NCBI GenBank assembly: GCA_023136205.1
Contig: JAGLRQ010000101.1
Span: forward strand, 1 to 22,533
Source: Candidatus Auribacterota bacterium
GTDB lineage: Bacteria > Auribacterota > UBA6266
Reading direction: 5' to 3'
Length of the DNA: 22,533 nt
Position numbers and translations under genes: made by a program. Below, in pieces: positions 17,007 to 22,533 of the stretch. Under the pieces are notes generated by a model. That model was not told the DNA's origin and ran no database searches. It was given only the letters and a program-made list of their open reading frames with translations. The stretch's first letter is position 1. Each line of letters begins with the position of its first letter.

Positions 17007-19001
17007 GTGAAAAACAAGGAAAAATATAGACAATATATTTCCAAAATATTGATACCAGTGTTAGTGATTGCTTGTATCTGGATGATTTTTATTGTTCGCG
17101 GGATTACCTGGGGGTTGCCTAATTCTGTCAGTTTTGCTGTGGATGCGGCAGCTATTCCCCGCCCTCATTACTCCGGTTTGGAAATGATGCATCAGGGAGT
17201 TTATAAATATCCACCCCTCCAGTATCTCATTTATGACCTTATTTCACCGAAATCTTCTGAAAGCGTGGATGATTTAGAGGAAAAGATACATATTGCCACG
17301 GGGCGTTTAATCCGATTCAGATTTTTAACAGCGCTGATGGTGTTGGGAACGAGTTTGATTATTCTTTTTCTTAGCAGGTTTTGGATGCCGGTATGGTTCG
17401 GCACGATAGCAGCTCTGCTTTATCTTTCTCAGGGTATGAGTGTTTATTATGCCCATACTACGAATTTAGACCAACCATATGTTTTTTGGTGGATGCTTTC
17501 TTTTTATGGACTGTGCTTATACCTGAAAGAATTTTGTAGGGTAGATCGGGACAAACCCGGAAATTTACCTCTTATAATAGGTTCACTGCTGTTCGGGATT
17601 TGCATGTTTCTCTCTATATCTACCAAGGATCAGGCTTACGGTTTGTACCCTCTGCTGATGGGTGTTTTCTTTTTGATATTGAAAGAAAAAAAATTATTGT
17701 TTCCTGCCGGATTCAGAGTAATAATCAACAAATGGCTGATTATCGGCCTTGTTGTTGGACTGGGACTGTATGTCCTTATATATTTTACAGCAGGAGGCTG
17801 GTTAACCTTTGATTTGCACCGTAATTGGATTTCCACGGGAGGGGTTAATAGATTCAGGCAGTTTGACACAAATCTGTGGAGTCGGGTAGTGCTTGTGGGA
17901 AGTTCCCTGAAGGATTTATATCGGGCGCTTAACACACCGCTTTTGATACTTTTTTTCCTGGGGATTTTTTCATGGGGCGTATCTCTAAAAAAACTAAAAG
18001 AATCGGTTTTGTGGTGTAAATCGGGTCTTTTTCTTATGTTAATACCCGGATTTTCCATGGTATTGTTTTTTATCCAGGTAACTCGCTTCTGTTATCCCAG
18101 ATTTTGGCTTCCCGTTTTACCTCTGATATGTATAATATCCGCATACGGCATTTACTTTCTTGCAGGTGAACTGCGAAAAAGAAAAATATTACTTTCCTTT
18201 TTTATGCTGCTGATAATCTGGAATATGCTTGGGGGCCTGGAAGTAATTTACATCCTGGAAAAGGATTCCAGGATCTTGGCAAAAGATGCCATAAATAAAA
18301 TTTTATTCGAAAAAGATCAAGAATTAACAGTCGGAGTTTTAGGCTGTGTATTTGGCGACCGTTATGTGATTGATGAGCGGAAATCTGTTCATTGCCCTAT
18401 GCGGACTGTGAGAAATTGGGAGGAGTATTCCTTTGGAATAGTTTCATTGCAGCAGGTATCTTTGGTGTTGGATCCGTTTGCTGTATTTATAGTGCGGCCG
18501 GGAATTTTACTAGGCAAGAATCTATCGCAAAAAGATGTTCAGGAAATTAATAAAATGGGGTATAGCCTGCTGGTAAATATACTTCCGGTGAAACCTGTCT
18601 TTAATCGATTTGGTACCCTTCCTGATGTTGCAATTTCCATTTTTATACAGGCTGAAGATGCTGAAGATAAAGTTCATTTGGAGAGCAGGTTATCTCTTGA
18701 GGAACAGCTGATGATTATCCGTTTTTTACGCAAGGAGCTGGCAATAGAAAAGAACGAAACCTTTTTAAGAAGAGTGGGGGCGCAGGCGCATGAGTTTTAC
18801 GAGCCGAATCTTGAGGATAAGACTATTAATGCGGATGATGTTGAGCTGCTTGCAATTTCCTATCAATTAGCTGGCAAAAAGGAATCTGCTATAAAAGCTT
18901 TCGATTTTGTGTGCAGTAAATGGCCAAGCCCGGATCACTTCTATAATCGCGATATATGCTTTAAAAGAATGGGTATTGTTACAGGTCCAGGCCTGCAATA
19001 A
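17007..19001 (+). CDS. Large polytopic membrane protein, GT-C fold / PMT_2 (family 39/83, ArnT-like) glycosyltransferase-like, with a roughly 250-aa C-terminal soluble domain
   Basis: 664 aa with about 11-13 predicted TM helices in the first ~400 aa. The first-loop motif YKYPPLQYL resembles the (H/K)PPL motif of PMT_2/ArnT-like enzymes, preceded by an Asp-containing loop (FAVDAAA). The R-rich helix pattern IRFRFLTALMVLGTSLIILFLSRF...YYAHTTNLDQPYVFWW is also typical of this family. The C-terminal ~250 aa are hydrophilic with a TPR-like helical end. GTG start with no clear Shine-Dalgarno. Confidence 0.5.
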   Translation: MKNKEKYRQYISKILIPVLVIACIWMIFIVRGITWGLPNSVSFAVDAAAIPRPHYSGLEMMHQGVYKYPPLQYLIYDLISPKSSESVDDLEEKIHIATGRLIRFRFLTALMVLGTSLIILFLSRFWMPVWFGTIAALLYLSQGMSVYYAHTTNLDQPYVFWWMLSFYGLCLYLKEFCRVDRDKPGNLPLIIGSLLFGICMFLSISTKDQAYGLYPLLMGVFFLILKEKKLLFPAGFRVIINKWLIIGLVVGLGLYVLIYFTAGGWLTFDLHRNWISTGGVNRFRQFDTNLWSRVVLVGSSLKDLYRALNTPLLILFFLGIFSWGVSLKKLKESVLWCKSGLFLMLIPGFSMVLFFIQVTRFCYPRFWLPVLPLICIISAYGIYFLAGELRKRKILLSFFMLLIIWNMLGGLEVIYILEKDSRILAKDAINKILFEKDQELTVGVLGCVFGDRYVIDERKSVHCPMRTVRNWEEYSFGIVSLQQVSLVLDPFAVFIVRPGILLGKNLSQKDVQEINKMGYSLLVNILPVKPVFNRFGTLPDVAISIFIQAEDAEDKVHLESRLSLEEQLMIIRFLRKELAIEKNETFLRRVGAQAHEFYEPNLEDKTINADDVELLAISYQLAGKKESAIKAFDFVCSKWPSPDHFYNRDICFKRMGIVTGPGLQ

Positions 19002-19094
19002 GCGGAAGAAATCAGGCTAAAATAGTTGGATTTTCATTAATGGGATTTAACTCTGATAATTTTACTGTGTGTCTTTGTTGAAAATGGAAAATAC

Positions 19095-19123
19095 TTGACT
19101 ATGTCGTCGAAGATGTCTAGTAT
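19095..19123 (+). promoter_or_regulatory. Candidate sigma-70-type promoter for lysS
   Basis: TTGACT (19095-19100), a 17-nt spacer, then TAGTAT (19118-19123), about 60 nt upstream of the lysS ATG. The lysS Shine-Dalgarno aagggga lies at about 19170. AT-rich context means chance matches are common. Confidence 0.35.
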
Positions 19124-19182
19124 ACATTGTTTAAGTGTTAATATGTTTTTTAGGGATGGTATCATATTTATAAGGGGATATT

Positions 19183-20625
19183 ATGCAACAGGAAAATAAA
19201 GAGGGTGAACAGGTTGAGCTTAGGAAAGGAATAAGGGATGAACTGATAAAAAATGGTTTAAACCCCTATGGCGGTTCTTTTTTGCGTGAAAGCATAAAAG
19301 ACTGCGCTATGGATTCTTTTGAAGAGAATAAAACTATAAAAGTTGCGGGAAGAATAAAGGCGAAAAGGGGACATGGCAAAACAGCTTTTCTTGATATTTA
19401 TGACGAAACCGGAAAACTCCAGGTTTATGTAAAAAAAGATTCTGTTAGTGAGGATACTTTTTACCTTGTTTCAAAGACAGATATCGGTGACATTATAGGT
19501 GTGGAAGGAAAGCTTTTTAAGACGAGAACCGGTGAATCTACAATTATGCTTGAAAAAATGAAGATGTTATCCAAGTCTTTGCATCCGCTTCCGGAAAAAT
19601 GGCATGGTTTAACGGATGTTGAAACGAGATATAGACAGAGATACCTTGATCTGATAGTAAATACGGAAGTCCGTGACACTTTTAAAAAAAGGTCTAAAGT
19701 TATAAAAGAAATCAGGTCTTATTTTGACGGGAAAGGTTTTCTGGAAGTTGAGACACCCATGATGCAGCATATTGTGGGAGGAGCGACCGCAAAACCGTTT
19801 AAAACACATCATAACGCGCTGGGTGTAGACCTGTATTTAAGAATAGCGCCTGAACTCTATCTGAAACGTCTTTTAGTAGGTGGGTTTGAAAAGGTTTATG
19901 AAATAAACAGAAATTTCAGGAATGAAGGTATCTCAAGAAAACATAATCCCGAATTTACAATGCTTGAGGTGTATGAAGCATACAATGATTATTTCGGTAT
20001 GATGGAGCTGGCTGAAGATATGATTGTTACGGTTAATTCCTGTATTAACGGCGATATTCCTGTGGCCTACGGAGACACCCGGATTAATTTTGACCGTCCC
20101 TGGAAAAGGATTTCTTTGCTTGAAGCAATTAAGGAAAAGACCGGGGTGGATTTTGAGAAAGTCAAGGATGTTTTTGCTGAAGCGAAAAAACTTGGAGTTG
20201 ATTTTGAAAAATCCGAGGGGAAATGGGAGATTATTAATAAAGTTTTTGAACATATTGTAGAGCCTGAGCTTATACAGCCTACTTTTATAGTGGATTACCC
20301 TGCGGAGCTTTGCCCGCTTTCAAAAACGAAACCGGGTGATCCTGAAATATCAGAAAGGTTTGAACTATTTATTGCCGGTCAGGAGTTGGCAAATGCTTAC
20401 TCCGAGTTGAACGACCCTGTAGAACAGCGAAAAAGATTTTTAGAACAGGCTGATGGAAGCATGGACAAAGTTGATATGGATTATATTCGGGCGCTTGAGT
20501 ACGGTATGCCGCCTGCCGGAGGCCTTGGTATCGGTATTGACAGACTTATTATGGTTCTTACATCTAATAAATCTATCAGGGATGTAGTTCTCTTTCCTCA
20601 GCTTAAGCCTGAAAAAATTGATTGA
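19183..20625 (+). CDS. lysS: Lysine--tRNA ligase, class II
   Basis: 480 aa. N-terminal OB-fold anticodon-binding region (VAGRIKAKRGHGKTAFLDIYDETGKLQVYV) and class II motifs (YRQRYLDL; FLEVETPMMQ; EINRNFRNEGIS.KHNPEFTMLE; GGLGIGIDRLIM). Confidence 0.95.
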   Translation: MQQENKEGEQVELRKGIRDELIKNGLNPYGGSFLRESIKDCAMDSFEENKTIKVAGRIKAKRGHGKTAFLDIYDETGKLQVYVKKDSVSEDTFYLVSKTDIGDIIGVEGKLFKTRTGESTIMLEKMKMLSKSLHPLPEKWHGLTDVETRYRQRYLDLIVNTEVRDTFKKRSKVIKEIRSYFDGKGFLEVETPMMQHIVGGATAKPFKTHHNALGVDLYLRIAPELYLKRLLVGGFEKVYEINRNFRNEGISRKHNPEFTMLEVYEAYNDYFGMMELAEDMIVTVNSCINGDIPVAYGDTRINFDRPWKRISLLEAIKEKTGVDFEKVKDVFAEAKKLGVDFEKSEGKWEIINKVFEHIVEPELIQPTFIVDYPAELCPLSKTKPGDPEISERFELFIAGQELANAYSELNDPVEQRKRFLEQADGSMDKVDMDYIRALEYGMPPAGGLGIGIDRLIMVLTSNKSIRDVVLFPQLKPEKID

Positions 20626-20632
20626 GAATATT

Positions 20633-21871
20633 ATGAATTTTGTTTCTTTCCGAATTGCACAGAGATATTTATTAACAAAAAGAAAAGAAAGATTCATTTC
20701 TGTCATAACATTTTTTTCCATAGGAGGTGTTGCCCTTTCTGTTATGGTTCTTATTGTGGTTATTGCTGTTATGACGGGATTTGAGAGAGATTTAAAAGAG
20801 AAAATAATAGGAGTTAACGCCCACCTGACGATTGAAGGACAAGGTATTGTAGATAACTACGCTGATGTTATAAAAAAGGTGGGAAAAACCCCCGAAGTCA
20901 TATCGGCAACTCCCTTTGTTCATGGCCAGATTCTTGTAGGAATTGGCAACAGCATAACAGGAGTTCTTTTAAGAGGAATTAATATTGAAGACGAGAAAAA
21001 GGTTTCTCTTCTGTCGAAATATATCAGGAATAAAAATCTGAAATGGGAATCAGACAGTATTCTTATCGGCAAGGAGTTTTCAAAAAAGTTTCAACTTTAT
21101 CCGGGAGACAAAGTTGAAATTATTTTGCCGATTACAGGTGTCAAATCAAAACTGGGTTTTTTGAAAAACAGAATGGTGTTTGAAGTGTCAGGGATATTTG
21201 ATTCCGGAATGTATGAATATGACGCCAACCTTTTATTTATACCTTTATCTACTGCTCAGAAGATTTATGTTCTTGGAGATGGTGTTCACGGAATAAGTGT
21301 GAGAATAGAGGATATTGCGCGGGCAAATACCGTAAAGAGAAATCTTAATGAAATACTTTTGCCGATGGGCCTTAGAGCAAAAAGCTGGGCTGATAGGAAC
21401 CGCAGGCTTTTTGCAGCCTTAAAAACCGAGAAAAGCGTGATGTTTATTGTACTTGCGATGGCAGTCGCGGTTGCTGCTACCAATATTATCAGCACGCTTA
21501 TAATGATGGTTATGGAAAAGACAAAAGACGTAGGAATTTTAAAAGCAATAGGATTAAGCAGTACGGGAGTACTTTCTATATTTCTGCTAGAGGGGATATT
21601 TATAGGTGTTATTGGTACATTCATTGGTGTTACCGCCGCCTTTATTTTTTTGAAATATCTGGATTTAATTCAGGGAGCGCTTGAAAGATTTGCCGGGTTT
21701 GAAGTATTCCCCAGAGAGATATACTATTTTGAAAGCATCCCGAGGTTTATGGATATTGGTGATGTAAGTATTATAGCCGGAGCCGCGATGCTTATTACGG
21801 TTCTGGCTGCTGTTTATCCGGCGTTCAAAGCAGCAATGTTAAATCCTATAGAAGCATTGAGATATGAATAA
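20633..21871 (+). CDS. lolC: Lipoprotein-releasing system transmembrane permease, LolC/LolE family (MacB-type, FtsX domain)
   Basis: The N terminus MNFVSFRIAQRYLLTKRKERF aligns with the LolC/E start, followed by TM1, a large periplasmic domain and three C-terminal TM helices (FtsX domain). Immediately followed by lolD. ATG 20633 is preferred over the in-frame TTG 20618 from the ORF track. I cannot assign LolC versus LolE versus LolF by eye. Confidence 0.85.
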   Translation: MNFVSFRIAQRYLLTKRKERFISVITFFSIGGVALSVMVLIVVIAVMTGFERDLKEKIIGVNAHLTIEGQGIVDNYADVIKKVGKTPEVISATPFVHGQILVGIGNSITGVLLRGINIEDEKKVSLLSKYIRNKNLKWESDSILIGKEFSKKFQLYPGDKVEIILPITGVKSKLGFLKNRMVFEVSGIFDSGMYEYDANLLFIPLSTAQKIYVLGDGVHGISVRIEDIARANTVKRNLNEILLPMGLRAKSWADRNRRLFAALKTEKSVMFIVLAMAVAVAATNIISTLIMMVMEKTKDVGILKAIGLSSTGVLSIFLLEGIFIGVIGTFIGVTAAFIFLKYLDLIQGALERFAGFEVFPREIYYFESIPRFMDIGDVSIIAGAAMLITVLAAVYPAFKAAMLNPIEALRYE

Positions 21872-21888
21872 CCAAAGGTTTCGGTACC

Positions 21889-22533
21889 ATGTTAACTGCC
21901 CGCAAGATTAATAAGTCATATAAGTCCGGTACTTCGAGATTGCAGGTACTCGAGGGAATTAATATTGATGTTGAAAAAGGTGAAATGTTTTTTGTTGTCG
22001 GCCCTTCAGGCGCGGGCAAAAGCACGTTATTGCACATATTAGGAGGGCTTGATGTTCCTGACAGCGGTGATATATGTATTAATGGATATAATTTTAAAAA
22101 GCTAAAGGGGCGGAAAAGATCAAAGTTAATTAATTCAAAAATAGGTTTTGTTTTTCAGTTTTTTCATCTTCTCCCCGAGTTTACTGCTGTGGAAAATGTT
22201 ATGCTTCCCGCCCTTATAAGCGGGAAATCAAGAAAAAGGTCTTTTGAAAAGGCATCGGGGCTTCTTAATCAGGTTGATCTGGAGGGAAGGGTAAACCACA
22301 GGCCTTCCCAGTTATCCGGAGGAGAGAAGCAGAGGGTTGCTGTTGCCAGGGCTCTTGTCAATGATCCTGAGATCGTTTTCGCGGATGAACCGACCGGAAA
22401 CCTCGACCTGGATAACAGTAGAGAGCTTACCGCTCTTATTCATAAATTAAACAGGGAAAAGGGGCAGACATTTATTATAGCTACCCACGATTACAACATT
22501 GTTTCAAAAGAAAGTAACGTTATGAGATTGGTT
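21889..22533 (+). CDS. lolD: Lipoprotein-releasing system ATP-binding protein LolD (ABC ATPase); the 3' end lies outside the window
   Basis: Not in the ORF track because it runs off the window; I translated it by hand from ATG 21889, the first start after an in-frame TGA at 21865. Walker A GPSGAGKST, Q-loop FQFFHL, signature LSGGEKQR, Walker B IVFADEPT and H-loop ATHD are present. The frame stays open to nt 22533. Confidence 0.88.
   Translation, partial: MLTARKINKSYKSGTSRLQVLEGINIDVEKGEMFFVVGPSGAGKSTLLHILGGLDVPDSGDICINGYNFKKLKGRKRSKLINSKIGFVFQFFHLLPEFTAVENVMLPALISGKSRKRSFEKASGLLNQVDLEGRVNHRPSQLSGGEKQRVAVARALVNDPEIVFADEPTGNLDLDNSRELTALIHKLNREKGQTFIIATHDYNIVSKESNVMRLV

Noticed and set aside
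19043-19051. The 9-mer GGATTTAAC is shared between the 3' end of the long hairpin (16953-16961) and the spacer upstream of lysS, hinting at a second copy of a repeat element.
   Set aside because: The similarity does not extend beyond the 9-mer, and no matching inverted arm is present at the second site. This is compatible with chance in AT-rich sequence.
19002-19182. A lysine riboswitch (L-box) or T-box leader upstream of lysS.
   Set aside because: The whole spacer is 181 nt, and the best promoter candidate leaves a leader of only about 60 nt. That is far shorter than an L-box or T-box, and I see no multi-helix junction or specifier/T-box sequence.
1-22533. Searched for a novel defence, toxin-antitoxin, secretion or mobile-element system.
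   Set aside because: Every ORF over about 140 aa is accounted for by a conserved housekeeping family or the single GT-C-like protein. There are no recombinases, nucleases, ATPase/helicase orphans, repeat arrays of CRISPR type, tRNA integration sites or compositional breaks visible by eye.

Overview
AT-rich sequence from a diderm (Gram-negative-type) bacterium. About 70% of the window (nt 3-15754, + strand) is one tightly packed division and cell wall (dcw) cluster in canonical order: ftsI(partial)-murE-murF-mraY-murD-[small LysM lipoprotein]-ftsW-murG-murC-murB-ddl-ftsQ-ftsA-ftsZ. Many junctions overlap or are under 10 nt. Several genes use non-ATG starts: TTG for murF and murD, GTG for murG. 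After ftsZ come a convergent mazG (- strand), a 267-nt divergent intergenic region, a 664-aa polytopic GT-C/PMT_2-like membrane protein, lysS, one LolC/E-type permease and a 3'-truncated lolD. All large ORFs are intact. I see no transposase, integrase, CRISPR array, tRNA/rRNA or recognisable defence or toxin genes, and no convincing new multi-gene system. This is mainly a housekeeping region. The best leads are: (1) a 172-nt, roughly 68-bp extended hairpin upstream of the GT-C gene, whose G-U bias suggests a + strand RNA; (2) a LysM-only lipoprotein translationally coupled between murD and ftsW; (3) an FtsZ with substitutions in the T1, T3 and T4 GTP-binding loops and a long basic C-terminal tail; (4) an array of GTGAAT-type short repeats, in inverted arrangement, in the ftsZ/mazG convergent spacer. 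Protein calls rest on motifs I recognise by eye plus synteny. No database searches were run.
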